64,000 nt of DNA from an uncultured Nitrososphaeraceae archaeon (GTDB taxonomy: Archaea > Thermoproteota > Nitrososphaeria > Nitrososphaerales > Nitrososphaeraceae): positions 32,001 through 96,000 of the forward strand of contig CAVSMN010000009.1 of NCBI GenBank assembly GCA_963729045.1, read 5' to 3'. The translations under genes were made by a program, and so were the position numbers. The notes under the pieces are model-generated. The model had not been told where the DNA came from. It saw nothing but the letters and a program-made list of their open reading frames with translations, and ran no database searches. Positions 41,387 to 52,241 of the stretch are shown piece by piece; position 1 is the stretch's first letter; each line of letters opens with the position of its first letter.

Positions 41387-42770
41387 CCGTATATAATAAT
41401 TCAGAAACGGTATTTTTTATATGTTCATCCAAAGAAGGATATTGACCAAGAGTATATATTTTGAAGGATCGAATAAAATCACTCTTCAAGCCTCTAGGGA
41501 TCCCTATTAGATCAGGCTTATTCGTGAGAACAAATTCCAAATAGTCTTTTGCGTTAGTGAATTCTCTAAAAAGAAGGGACCTAGTTCTGGAATTGTTGTC
41601 TAACCATTTTAACGGAGAACCAGCATTAATCTCTATAAATTTTTCTAGGTCATGTATTCTAAATATTTCGGGACCTATTTTAATAGATAATTTAGAAATT
41701 GTTAGAGATTCATATAACAAAGCAATAACACAAACTTTTTCCTTTTCATGCACTCTACCGTGATATTTCAATACTCTAAAACCATATGATTCGACAAATT
41801 TACATATGGACCTGGTCATTTTCTTTAGCTGTCCCCAGATGACATCAGACGGTCTATCACTATATTTGAATTCAATTACCAGAATGAAAGAAGACAATAA
41901 ATCTTTGAGATCATTGTTTGAGTGAGATACCGGTTCCTCTCGAAAATAATTATTGCCAGGATTTGATAAAAACTTTCTTGAACTCTGGATTAGAGTCGCT
42001 ACTGAGCGTGATGAAATAGCACTGCCCAAATTTCTATTTTCATCTATTGGATCTAATATTACCAGAAAACTATCAAAAATCCTCTTATACTTTTCCTGTT
42101 CATGATCGGGTCTTATGATGTTGATAACAGAGTTATCAGTAGAGTATGTAGAAAAAAATTGGATAGTAGATAAAAAAGATCCAAATTTCAAAATTAAGAC
42201 TTCACAAACATATCCACTAAACCCTTCTATAGAAATCTCCGCTCCATAAATTTTTAGAGATTTCAAAAACTTCTTAAGTACTCTCACTTGATTTTTCTTT
42301 TCCTGGTTCAAATTATTGATTACATAAGAGGTATGGAACGGAGAACGGTCAGCTGCACTTTTCCAATCCCCGAAGGAAACATTATAGCACGGGACAATGT
42401 TAAATTTAACTCCATCAACATAAGCTTCCACATAAGGATGATCTGCATATCTAAGATACGGAGAGTATTCCTTTAGAGATTGCATTCCAATTAACTTTCC
42501 GTAAGCTTCAAAATGACCATAATCAACATCATTTTTAAATTTGATAAAAATATCGATATCGGCTTCATTTTTAAGCCAGGTTCCTTTAGCAAAAGATCCA
42601 CCGAATACGATTTCATTTATCATAAAACCAAGTTTATATTCAGAAACACAAGATTCAAGTTTATTCATCACCTTGTTAGCCATAGCATGAAGGGTAATTT
42701 CTTCTTCTAATTTAGGAGTACATTCCTTCAATATTCCTTCGATTAATTTATTGATAATAGGATTACTCAT
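41370..42770 (-). CDS. cca: CCA-adding enzyme (class I)
   Basis: GSFAKGTWL..ADIDIF, YADHPYV, SAADRSPFH, YGAE...GFSGY. Confidence 0.96.
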   Translation of the reverse strand: MSNPIINKLIEGILKECTPKLEEEITLHAMANKVMNKLESCVSEYKLGFMINEIVFGGSFAKGTWLKNEADIDIFIKFKNDVDYGHFEAYGKLIGMQSLKEYSPYLRYADHPYVEAYVDGVKFNIVPCYNVSFGDWKSAADRSPFHTSYVINNLNQEKKNQVRVLKKFLKSLKIYGAEISIEGFSGYVCEVLILKFGSFLSTIQFFSTYSTDNSVINIIRPDHEQEKYKRIFDSFLVILDPIDENRNLGSAISSRSVATLIQSSRKFLSNPGNNYFREEPVSHSNNDLKDLLSSFILVIEFKYSDRPSDVIWGQLKKMTRSICKFVESYGFRVLKYHGRVHEKEKVCVIALLYESLTISKLSIKIGPEIFRIHDLEKFIEINAGSPLKWLDNNSRTRSLLFREFTNAKDYLEFVLTNKPDLIGIPRGLKSDFIRSFKIYTLGQYPSLDEHIKNTVSELLYTDARVF

Positions 42771-42776
42771 TTCTTT

Positions 42777-43358
42777 TTATGCTCGTGCATCAATGGTAAA
42801 TAAATCAGAATATATAGGACCATCTGCTGTGAGGATGCTTTGCTTTAATTTAATTTGGTATATTTCATCTGTAAATGGATCAAATTGAAAAACAGGATCA
42901 AAAGATATACGACTCTTAAAATGTCGATTTATACGAAAAATTGTAAGATGAGGGACATATACAGATTTTTCTTCACTAAAATCATTTTGTGTTTCCTTCC
43001 CGTAGCCGATATCTTTTTCCAGCAATTTTGAAATTGCATCATAAAGGTCATTTAATTTTTTAGAACTTTGATTATCCAGCCCTAACCAGATAACACTAGG
43101 ATTAGAGTTTTTTGGAAAACACCCTACGTTAGTGAATCTAATCTCAAATGGATCAAAATCTAAACTTTTCAAATTGGATATAATTTCTTTTACTTCAAAA
43201 TCGGTCTTTTCCCCCAAAAACATTATTGTCAAGTGAAGATTATACTTGTTGATGAGTCTAACATGATGTGGAACAAATTCATATTGTTTCATAATTTGAT
43301 TCTGAATATTGATTATTTTCTCAACCTTTGGAATATCTATTGCCACAAATATACGCAT
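42777..43358 (-). CDS. thpR: RNA 2',3'-cyclic phosphodiesterase (2H family)
   Basis: MRIFVAIDI; two HxT motifs (LHLTIMFLG, PHLTIFR). Confidence 0.92.
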   Translation of the reverse strand: MRIFVAIDIPKVEKIINIQNQIMKQYEFVPHHVRLINKYNLHLTIMFLGEKTDFEVKEIISNLKSLDFDPFEIRFTNVGCFPKNSNPSVIWLGLDNQSSKKLNDLYDAISKLLEKDIGYGKETQNDFSEEKSVYVPHLTIFRINRHFKSRISFDPVFQFDPFTDEIYQIKLKQSILTADGPIYSDLFTIDARA

Positions 43359-43456
43359 GAATACAATCAGATGAAGTTCTAACTATATTAATTCTCAATA
43401 ATCAAAGTAATCAAAAAACAAATATTGATAGAATGTTCACAAGATTAGATTAGAGG

Positions 43457-44056
43457 TTGTCGGTTCTAGACCAATTCATAATTTGCTTAACGGGAATGCC
43501 TGGTGCAGGAAAATCGACGGTTGCTACTTTCCTCAAAAGTAAAGGATTTCATCTAATAACTATGGGAGACATAATAAGGGAAAAAGCGGTTGAAAACAAC
43601 TTGCCGATGGATGACAAAAGTCTTGGCGATTTGATGAAAAATTTAAGAAAGCATCACGGAAATGAAGTTGTTGCAAGGTTAGTGATGGAGAAGATTAAAG
43701 AATTGGAAAATGTTAGTCTTATTGTAGTAGATGGAATTAGAAGTTATGAAGAGTATATGGTATTAAAAAACATAGGTTTTGTAAAGTTATTGGCCATTCA
43801 TGCATCATCAATTATTAGATATAACCATATAAAATTACGAGACAGGTCTGATACACCATCAAATCATGAAAAGTTTTTACAAAGAGATGAACGTGAGATG
43901 AGTGTAGGTATAAGCAAAGCAATAGCTCTGGCGGACGAATCGATTTCAAATAATGATCTATCTTTAATCGAGCTTAAGAATCACGTAGAAGTAATTATTA
44001 AGAAGTGGTCAGATGAGTATAATAACCGGAAGCAAAAAACTTTTCTTACCATATAG
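43457..44056 (+). CDS. UPF0200 P-loop nucleotide kinase (dephospho-CoA/adenylate kinase-like)
   Basis: TGMPGAGKST, MGDIIRE, VDGIRS, RD.RE...G..AIALAD. Confidence 0.85.
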   Translation: MSVLDQFIICLTGMPGAGKSTVATFLKSKGFHLITMGDIIREKAVENNLPMDDKSLGDLMKNLRKHHGNEVVARLVMEKIKELENVSLIVVDGIRSYEEYMVLKNIGFVKLLAIHASSIIRYNHIKLRDRSDTPSNHEKFLQRDEREMSVGISKAIALADESISNNDLSLIELKNHVEVIIKKWSDEYNNRKQKTFLTI

Positions 44057-44063
44057 AACAAAA

Positions 44064-44450
44064 ATGGAACTTGAAAGTATAGAAGTTATTGTTATAACTC
44101 CAATTAATTTGACTGAAGACATACAAAAAGTGGTTTTTGCTGTCAAAAACCTATTACCAGATTCAGAACTAGCAATAAGAAAGAATAATTTGTATACCAA
44201 GATGAATAATTTTGATGGTTTGAGAAAAATAAAAGACAAGATAAGGTCAAAAAAAACATTGGCTGTTTTACAGAGAATTCTGTATAACAATTACAATATG
44301 CAAAGTACTTGGTTTTTACTAAATAAACAGGCTGCATTTTCTGACGTAGTGGTATTAGTAGAAAACGAAAATGAATCCCCATTGGGACCCATAAAAATAA
44401 CTTTGAACGGCTGCGAATTAGAAAGAATTAATGAATGGTTTGAGAAATAG
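44064..44450 (+). CDS. UPF0201/DUF54 putative RNA-binding protein
   Basis: TED..KV..AV.N, LNKQAAF, ESPLGPI. Confidence 0.85.
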   Translation: MELESIEVIVITPINLTEDIQKVVFAVKNLLPDSELAIRKNNLYTKMNNFDGLRKIKDKIRSKKTLAVLQRILYNNYNMQSTWFLLNKQAAFSDVVVLVENENESPLGPIKITLNGCELERINEWFEK

Positions 44451-44467
44451 AGGAATAAATAAAACAC

Positions 44468-45364
44468 TCACTCTGCTGAAAGGTCCCAGTAATTAGCATC
44501 TTTAAATTCGATTTTGGGTTTTCCAAGAGATTTCCACTCCTTAAATGATTTTGGATATAGCTTCACGTTTGAAATTCCAGCGGTCTTTAAGGCAAAAAAG
44601 GCTAATCCTGACAACGTTCCGACGCTTCCACAGTAAGTAATTATCTCATTGTTTAAGTCAATACCCCTATTTTCCATGAATCGTTTAAGTTCAGAAGGAT
44701 TTCTTAAAATGGAATTTTCCGAGCGCAACATGGTGTATGGAATATTCTTTGAATTAGGAATATGTTCTGTTAAGAAATTCAATCTTTCTCGAGAATCAAT
44801 TATGATCTTATTTTTATCATTTTGAGCATTTTCTATATATTCAGCATCTGCAAATATGGAATAGTCGATATCAATAGAATGTGAAACTTTAGAATATTTA
44901 TTAGATTTTCTTTCAATTTCTAAACCTAATTTTTTCCAATTATCATAGGTAACTTCCAATAATGCAACATTTCTGTGCCCAACAAACTTAAATGACCACG
45001 CTACCCTTGACGCTAGTGCACCAAATGTATCATCATAAATGACTACAGAAGTATCATTTGATATACCAAGGTTATTCAAAATATTAATTATAGACTCTGG
45101 GTCATCGTTGGATAATAATTCAGCCAATGGTAAAGAAACGGCCGTCTTTATATGACCTTTCAAATATTCGTCTCTTTTTCTGACATCCACAACTCTAACT
45201 TTATTTTTTTTTATTAGGGTTCTTAGAGTATCAATATCACATACAAGATTCAAAGAAGGTGTTGATGGAGGTTTTGCTTTTACACGTTTATTTACTATCT
45301 TTGCCTTTACCTTTACTTTGACATCATTTTTCTTTCGCTTTATGGATTTGCTCAAGCAGCACAT
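44468..45364 (-). CDS. Tandem-domain rhodanese (sulfurtransferase) with a Lys-rich N-terminal tail; exact start uncertain
   Basis: VVDVR..EY..GHI, VVIYDD, YCGSVGT active-site loop. Confidence 0.9.
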   Translation of the reverse strand: MCCLSKSIKRKKNDVKVKVKAKIVNKRVKAKPPSTPSLNLVCDIDTLRTLIKKNKVRVVDVRKRDEYLKGHIKTAVSLPLAELLSNDDPESIINILNNLGISNDTSVVIYDDTFGALASRVAWSFKFVGHRNVALLEVTYDNWKKLGLEIERKSNKYSKVSHSIDIDYSIFADAEYIENAQNDKNKIIIDSRERLNFLTEHIPNSKNIPYTMLRSENSILRNPSELKRFMENRGIDLNNEIITYCGSVGTLSGLAFFALKTAGISNVKLYPKSFKEWKSLGKPKIEFKDANYWDLSAE

Positions 45365-47196
45365 TCGCCTCTAGCAGTTTTTGCGACAAAATTGGTATCG
45401 GTTCCATAATCTTTGTAAAAATCAGGGGCGGCGGAAAATGCAGGTAATTCAATTATAGGTAAAAGTAGCTTCTTCATGTCATCTACATTCTTAATTTCGC
45501 CAGCTCCATTTCCATTTGAAATTTTGTAAATCCATTCATTTAATTTTTCATTACCTGTCCTTTCTTTCTTGAAATGTTCAAATATTTTGAGAACTACATC
45601 CAGCACCTTTTTAGCTGGAACACGCATTATTGCCTTGCCCAGTTCGCCATTTTCGCCAGTACTACCCGCAAAAAGCATTGTATAGATTGGAACCATGGAT
45701 GTTCCAATCCTAGTAGCACCACCATAGAAACCGATAGTTGCGACTTCATGCTGTCCACAAGAATTAGGACATCCACTAATTTTGATAGTAGAATCAACAA
45801 AGTCTTTATCTAAATCAATATTTAATTCCAAAAATTTACTTTGGATTTCTTTTGCAAGCCTATGAGAATTAGTAATAGCTAGATTACATGATGTAGTTCC
45901 GGAACAACCTACAGTAGATACAATTGTATTTGCACCAGGATTTCCTAGTCCATTGCCAGATAGTTTTTGGAAAACCTTTGGTAATTGATCTGCTTTTATA
46001 TATCGGACAAGAAAGTTTTGCTGAGGAGTAGTTCGGGCTTTTTTTTCTAACGAAAATTCCCGGATACATTCTGCAAAAATCCGTAACTGACTAGAGGTGA
46101 TATCGCCTGCACCTAAGGTTATATACACACTGTAATAACCAGACTGTTTCTGAGCAACAACATTGGTATTTAGCCATCGAGTGTATGGCGTGTCTGCAGA
46201 ATTGGAATTTATTACTGGTAATTTAATTTTACTCTTCGTAGAGATAGAGGAAATTGAAGTATTATTCAAATCTCCAGTATTCAAAAAACCATCGTATGAT
46301 TTTCTTGTGGGTATAGAAATTGTTGCTTCAACCAGGATTCGTTCCTTCAATAATAAGCCCTGAAATTTTTCCCATCCGATTTCGCTGACCAAATAACGCA
46401 TTCTATTTCTTGCAAGATTTTCTCTATTTCCTAGTCGGTCATAAAGTCGAATTGTAGCTATAGAAGTAGATAAAAGCCTAGATTCTGGAGTAAACTCCTC
46501 TAATAAATGGCCTATAAACGAGGCAGCGCCTAAACCACCTCCCAAGTAGATCCGGAAGCCCCTTACTCCATCACGGACTGTAGGAACGAGGCCCACGTCG
46601 GCTATCCTTACATAACCATGTTCTGGACAACATGAAAAATTAAATTTAAATTTTCTGGGAAGATTCTGACAAATAGGATTTCTTAGAAAAAACCTCGCTA
46701 TTGCTTTAGCGTAAGGAGTAGTATCAAATGGTTCATTAGGACATACTCCTGCAAAATGACTGCACATTACATTTCTAATGGTATTACCGCAAGCCTCCCT
46801 AGAAGTAAGTCCTACTTCAGCTAAACCGCGAAATACTTCACTTACATCTTCCAATTGCACCCAGTGCAATTGAATATTTTGTCTGGTAGATACATGAGCA
46901 GATCCGATTGAGAATGATTCTGATAGACTGGCAATCTTTTCAAGCTGGGTAGGCGTGATATCACCACCTGGAACCTTTATTCTTATCATACTAAATTCAC
47001 TATTTAATCTAGAGCCATACGCACCGTTTTGAAGTCTAAAACGCCTAAATTCATCTGCATTCAATTTATCTTGACGATATAGTTTTACCTTATTAGCAAA
47101 ATATTCAGATTCTTCTGCTAAACCCCATTTTTCATTAGTCTCAAGTTCTTTATTTTTCGCTGAAGAAAGAACATCATAATCAATAGATTTTGCCAA
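45352..47196 (-). CDS. sir: Ferredoxin-dependent siroheme sulfite(/nitrite) reductase
   Basis: STRQNIQLH, LPRKFK, CSGTTSC and ISGCPNSCGQH siroheme/4Fe-4S ligands. Confidence 0.9.
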   Translation of the reverse strand: MAKSIDYDVLSSAKNKELETNEKWGLAEESEYFANKVKLYRQDKLNADEFRRFRLQNGAYGSRLNSEFSMIRIKVPGGDITPTQLEKIASLSESFSIGSAHVSTRQNIQLHWVQLEDVSEVFRGLAEVGLTSREACGNTIRNVMCSHFAGVCPNEPFDTTPYAKAIARFFLRNPICQNLPRKFKFNFSCCPEHGYVRIADVGLVPTVRDGVRGFRIYLGGGLGAASFIGHLLEEFTPESRLLSTSIATIRLYDRLGNRENLARNRMRYLVSEIGWEKFQGLLLKERILVEATISIPTRKSYDGFLNTGDLNNTSISSISTKSKIKLPVINSNSADTPYTRWLNTNVVAQKQSGYYSVYITLGAGDITSSQLRIFAECIREFSLEKKARTTPQQNFLVRYIKADQLPKVFQKLSGNGLGNPGANTIVSTVGCSGTTSCNLAITNSHRLAKEIQSKFLELNIDLDKDFVDSTIKISGCPNSCGQHEVATIGFYGGATRIGTSMVPIYTMLFAGSTGENGELGKAIMRVPAKKVLDVVLKIFEHFKKERTGNEKLNEWIYKISNGNGAGEIKNVDDMKKLLLPIIELPAFSAAPDFYKDYGTDTNFVAKTARGECAA

Positions 47197-47337
47197 TGTT
47201 AATTATATTGTGTTTAACAAACCTTATATTTTTTATGGAATATGCTTATTTGACATATATTGAGCAATTTTCGGAATCATTTACTAATTCAAATTTAGAA
47301 AAACTTATAGTTACAATTAAAAAACCTATATTAAGGT

Positions 47338-47465
47338 GGGGTCGTAGCGAAGCCAGGCATCGCAACGGGCTCCAGATCAAATAATGGGCAATTATTGAAG
47401 AAACCCGTGGATCAGGGGTTCAAATAATATAAGTACATATATTAGAACAATTCCCTTCGGCCCCA
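47338..47465 (+). tRNA. trnW: tRNA-Trp(CCA) with two 27-nt introns (37/38: 47376-47402; T-loop 58/59: 47424-47450)
   Basis: Acceptor GGGGTCG/CGGCCCC, D stem GCGA/TCGC, anticodon stem ACGGG/CCCGT with CT-CCA-G|A loop, T stem AGGGG/CCCTT; BHB motif at the second intron. Confidence 0.9.
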
Positions 47466-47703
47466 TCTCCCCTCAATCATTCTTGAGTTTACACAATGAC
47501 AATTAGACTAGACATTTAATGGATTAGAAGGAATAAAGGGTTGTAACATAATTATCAAAAATTAGCAGTAATAAATTATTGCACATATATACACATTATG
47601 ATTAAATGGATAGAATCATGCGGTCCAATTAACAAAGAGTGAAAAATTTGAGTATTAACCAATATAAACTCGAAAAGATGATTATTAATAAAATTTTGGA
47701 AAA

Positions 47704-48021
47704 TTATTTGTTCTTCTTGAAGCTAAAATAACAAGAATGACATCGATCTTTACCATAAATAACGCCAGAGTTACCACATTCAGAGCATTTTTTCTCATTA
47801 TCAACAGTGGAATCCAAGGATTTTATCTTTTGAATACATTTGTCACACAACGGAGCATCCAAATTATGACTAGATATGAAGACGTCTCCACATTGTGAAC
47901 ATCTGAAACTATAAATTTTTCCTCTAGGTTTCCATTTCCTGAATGGATTAGAGGTGAAAGTATATAGTATTTTTCTAAATGGATTGGCCATAAGGTATAT
48001 AGTATTTATGCAATCAGACAT
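47704..48021 (-). CDS. Small protein with four CxxC pairs (double Zn ribbon)
   Basis: CSQC, CDKC, CSEC, CHSC. Confidence 0.7.
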   Translation of the reverse strand: MSDCINTIYLMANPFRKILYTFTSNPFRKWKPRGKIYSFRCSQCGDVFISSHNLDAPLCDKCIQKIKSLDSTVDNEKKCSECGNSGVIYGKDRCHSCYFSFKKNK

Positions 48022-48079
48022 TTTAGTTTAATGGCATAGGAAATTCAAGAAAGGATAATACGACAACCAAAACAGAGAA

Positions 48080-48349
48080 CTATAAGCTTCTATATAGTTG
48101 TCTATTCCCTATTCGGATAAAAAAAACTCCTGAGGAAATCAATATCAAAGAAATAAATAAAAATAAGGGATTTATCAATTGTCTAAGATATTCAGGTGCA
48201 CTTGAAAGATAATTGCAATGCTCCTCACAAATCTTTGTAACTGGAAACAGTAGTAAAATCAATCCAAATAAAATCAACATGATGACTCCAACTGTAGAGA
48301 TCAAAGCACCTAGTTTAATCATACGACGATATCTCAATGAAGTACCCAT
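48080..48349 (-). CDS. Small two-TM membrane protein
   Basis: Two hydrophobic helices flanking a CEEHC loop. Confidence 0.6.
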   Translation of the reverse strand: MGTSLRYRRMIKLGALISTVGVIMLILFGLILLLFPVTKICEEHCNYLSSAPEYLRQLINPLFLFISLILISSGVFFIRIGNRQLYRSL

Positions 48350-48369
48350 CCAACAATCTTACCTTAATA

Positions 48370-49008
48370 CTAATATTCAAGTTTGGATGCATCTATAGTA
48401 ACGTATCTGTATTCACCATTTTTTGAGACCCTATTGAATTGTTTGTTATAATATAAAAAAGGAACATTGTCTTTCGTGTGAAGGTCCCAAATCTTATGTA
48501 CTTGATCGAAATACACTTTTCTTTTTTTCATTTTGCGTCTGATTATTTCATGACATAATATATGAGATATTTTTGCACAATTATTATCAGCAAAAAACTT
48601 TTCATTTTTGAAATCTGAAGAAAAAACTTTGGGTCTCAACCAAGCGGCTTGTCCAAAATTCTCACCGTGATATGCATCCATACGACAATCCGACCATAAA
48701 GGTCCAAAATAAGTGAGATAGAAATGAAATATGGAGAAACCTCTTTCTCGATGATCCCTTAATAGATATGCGAGATTGATCCTATCGAATAATCTTCCAG
48801 GAATTACTGGTAAGATATCCACCTCTACAGACAAATCTTCTTTAAATTCACGTTTAATCCACCACTGAAAAAATCGCACCATCGAAGAAACATAACCCCA
48901 ATCTTCTTGATATCGTTTCTTCCATTCTTCATTTTTTGATACATAAATAAAAAAAAGCTTATCTTGCAATAATAACCACACATCATACATCAATAAAATT
49001 TTTGACAC
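48370..49008 (-). CDS. Hypothetical protein with a possible zincin-like metal site
   Basis: SHILCHE helix and downstream VH..WD.H. Confidence 0.65.
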   Translation of the reverse strand: MSKILLMYDVWLLLQDKLFFIYVSKNEEWKKRYQEDWGYVSSMVRFFQWWIKREFKEDLSVEVDILPVIPGRLFDRINLAYLLRDHRERGFSIFHFYLTYFGPLWSDCRMDAYHGENFGQAAWLRPKVFSSDFKNEKFFADNNCAKISHILCHEIIRRKMKKRKVYFDQVHKIWDLHTKDNVPFLYYNKQFNRVSKNGEYRYVTIDASKLEY

Positions 49009-49078
49009 ATTAAAAGTCTATTAAAAACACATTCGCATACAAAAAGTTCATAATTTAGGAGCAATATAGACAAACTAG

Positions 49079-49495
49079 ATGTCGTTTAGAAAATTAGGTG
49101 CTGTAATACTTTTAGTTTCAGATATGAATAAATCTGTTCAGTTCTATAGAGAAACTCTAAATTTGCCATTAAAGAAAGAATCTGACGAATGGACAGAATT
49201 TTTCAATAAGGAAACAGTATTAGCATTGCATCCGATTAAACACAAAGAGCATCCGAAGCAGCTGAAATCGGGCCAACATATTCTGCTTGGTTTTTCTGCA
49301 AGTGATTTTGATAACACAATAAACAAACTAAAAGAGAAAGGTGTAGTTTTTTTTAAAAATCCTAAGGAAGAAGTTTTTGGACAGCATGCAATAATAGAAG
49401 ATCCAGATGGTCATCTGATTTCAATTGTAAAATTAACAGGCAACCAAAATGAAGAGGAAGGATTTGATTTTTTGGGGTTAGTTGGTGCAGAATAG
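49079..49495 (+). CDS. VOC/glyoxalase family protein
   Basis: VSDM.KSV.FY...L, EVFGQ.A..EDPDGH. Confidence 0.9.
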   Translation: MSFRKLGAVILLVSDMNKSVQFYRETLNLPLKKESDEWTEFFNKETVLALHPIKHKEHPKQLKSGQHILLGFSASDFDNTINKLKEKGVVFFKNPKEEVFGQHAIIEDPDGHLISIVKLTGNQNEEEGFDFLGLVGAE

Positions 49496-49667
49496 ATAAA
49501 TCATCATTTTTTATATAAACAAATAACGATACAAGGTAACAATTCGTATATAGCAAAATCATATTAGATCAAAATACAATATCAAATATCATACAAAACT
49601 CATAGGCTATAGTAATCAACGTATCAAAGGATTTTGAAAAAAAAGAAGGCGCCATTAATGGATTGAA

Positions 49668-51167
49668 TTATGGGACTTTTTTACCCGGATTTAGTAAATT
49701 TAGTGGATCAAATGACTTTTTGAGATAACTAAAATAAGAATAAACGAAATTATTGTATACATTCTTTATGAAAGGAGTCCTAGATATTCCATCACCGTGT
49801 TCTGCAGTGATAGTTCCACGATATTCAAATATTTTTTTAAAAGTCTCATAAGTAATATTTTGTAGAAGCCTCGCTTGTTTGGAATGATCCTTGGAATTAT
49901 TATGATTATCTAAAATGGGACGCGTATGGAGGTTTCCATTACCTACATGACCGTATATGACATACGGAAGATCATATTTGTTATAAAGTGATAAAAGATA
50001 AATAACATATTCATAAAGATGATCGATTGAAACCGCAGTATCCTCAATTATAGTAAATGGTTTTCTGTTTCCCACGGTATTCTTTATAGCCATGTTCAAT
50101 GCATTTTTCCTTGAGTGCCATAATTTATTTATTGAAACTATGTCATGAGCATGTTCTACGATCTTGCCGTCAGGATATATTCTCCTTTTTAGTAAATTGT
50201 GTATGTTAGATATCTTGTCCTGAAATTGATAAAAATATTCTACAAATAGCAAGCAACCATTCTCATTTAACGTATTCAATTTAATTGAAGAATCCATAAC
50301 GGAATAATCCAAAAGTTCAACAGCGACAGGCACAGTGGAGAGAATTTTCTTGGTATATAAACAAGCAGACAAGACATCAGAAAAATACACTAAGAAGAGA
50401 GATCTGAAAAGAGGTAGATCCAAGACCTTTATTCTAAGAGAATTAAAGATTGATAATGTTCCTTCTGAAGCTGCAAAAATATTTTGAGGTTTAAATTCGG
50501 GAGTAAAAATAGAATCTAATCTATAACCACAGGAATTCTTACTGACATCAGGATAAAATGAAGCCAATTTATTTTGAATAGAAATTAGAGGAGATAGAAT
50601 TTTTTTTAATCTACTGTCACAAATACCATTTTCAGCAAAACCTTCCTCTCCGTCTGAATAGATAATGTCAACATGATCCAAATATCTAAGGATACTCCCG
50701 TATCCTAAACCATGTGGTCCAGAAGAATTATTGGAAACCATCCCTCCAATGGTGCAATAATTACTACTTGCAGGATCAGGTGGTAGAAACTTGTTTTGTT
50801 TTTTTAATTCTTTATCCAAGATACCCTTAACTACACCAGGCTGAACGCTTACAGTGCCCGACTGGATATCCAAATCAAGAATCTTGTTCATGTATTTAGT
50901 AAAATCCAAAATCAATCCATTAGATAGGCTTTGACCAAGTAAACTTGTGCCTGCACCACGACAAGTAACAGACAAGCCATTTTTGCTAGCATAATTCAAA
51001 GACGTTACTATATCCGCTTTATCTTTAGGGAAACAAACTAATTCGGGGTAAATTTGATGATAGCTTGAATCTACAGAATAATAATCTCTAATCCAGGATT
51101 CATTAGAAATATCACCGCTGTAGGAAAGCTTTAGTTCATCATATACATCCATTGAATAATTAAACAC
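49668..51167 (-). CDS. FAD-linked oxidase (GlcD/D-lactate dehydrogenase family)
   Basis: RGAGTSL.GQ, PDPAS...TIGG, SEGTL, GHVGNGNLH, AEHGDG, FDP..LLNPGK. Confidence 0.9.
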   Translation of the reverse strand: MFNYSMDVYDELKLSYSGDISNESWIRDYYSVDSSYHQIYPELVCFPKDKADIVTSLNYASKNGLSVTCRGAGTSLLGQSLSNGLILDFTKYMNKILDLDIQSGTVSVQPGVVKGILDKELKKQNKFLPPDPASSNYCTIGGMVSNNSSGPHGLGYGSILRYLDHVDIIYSDGEEGFAENGICDSRLKKILSPLISIQNKLASFYPDVSKNSCGYRLDSIFTPEFKPQNIFAASEGTLSIFNSLRIKVLDLPLFRSLFLVYFSDVLSACLYTKKILSTVPVAVELLDYSVMDSSIKLNTLNENGCLLFVEYFYQFQDKISNIHNLLKRRIYPDGKIVEHAHDIVSINKLWHSRKNALNMAIKNTVGNRKPFTIIEDTAVSIDHLYEYVIYLLSLYNKYDLPYVIYGHVGNGNLHTRPILDNHNNSKDHSKQARLLQNITYETFKKIFEYRGTITAEHGDGISRTPFIKNVYNNFVYSYFSYLKKSFDPLNLLNPGKKVP

Positions 51168-51490
51168 CTACATACAATATAATATTTTTAGTGTATGAAG
51201 AAAAAAGGATTAACTTCATGAAAATCTTTAATTTTTTTATCTCGATATAATAACCTTACTGGTTTTTGATCAATAGAAGGAAAAGAAAAAAGTAGGTGAA
51301 CAATGACATTAAAGAGGTATTTAAGTGAATATAAAACATTATAGAAATGGTTACCAAAGACCAATGATTGGTATAAAGATGACAGTAAAACAAATATCAA
51401 TATCCATAAAAATTTGATCTGTTGTTCATAGTTAGTCAGTAAGATTTTGCAGCATGGTATACCATATTTATATCTGATATTTCAATCATA

Positions 51491-51787
51491 GTGATTGTAA
51501 TGAAAGTAAAATACGGGTTTCTCGGGATACTAATCATAACTTTGATACTTACTTCTACTAATCCAGGAGTTTTTGTAGGACTAGAATGGGTTTGGGCTAG
51601 TAATACGGTTATTTCAACAGTTGATGTTGGAGATGGTCCGTCTGCTCTGGCGTTTAACCCAAGCAATAATAACATCTATGTGACCAACCCAGTGTCAGAT
51701 GATGTCTCTGTTATCCAAACAAATAGCTCCAAACCTATTGTTGATGGAATATCCGATCAATCCATAAGCATTAGCAATTTGGTTTGA
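51491..51787 (+). pseudogene. Truncated YVTN beta-propeller surface protein (one blade remaining)
   Basis: Signal peptide plus NTVISTVDVGDGPSALAFNPSNNNIYVTN..SDDVSVI, then stop; surrounded by non-coding DNA. Confidence 0.65.
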
Positions 51788-52241
51788 TCGTATGGAAACA
51801 ATATGTAGACTACGATGATTCTTCTATAGCATATCAATAGACATGTATTAATTTATCCTAATATTATGGACGACCCGATGTCAGGAGTAATTACTCTCAT
51901 TACAGTAAACCTAAGTAGAAATAAATTGCATGTTAAACTAATTGTAATATATAAACAAGAAATAGAACATGAACTGGATGAGGTGTTATAAAAATAACTC
52001 CAAGAATTATTCAACCGCAACCATCCGAAAGCTTCACAGGTTTAGGAAATAACATACATGTGTAAGGTAAGTTTAGTAATTGAAACATTGCACTATCAAA
52101 ATATGAAGATCGCAAGGATATTTTATTCATATATATTCATTCATTGACAATCATCAATTAAGATAACAGAGTCGAGTCCTAGAAAATTATCAAGAATAAA
52201 ATAATTATTTTCGTCTTATTTGATCAAAATAAAAATGAAAA

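Noticed and set aside
47190..47384. 64-aa ORF in the track
   Set aside because: Spans the sir promoter and overlaps tRNA-Trp; spurious.
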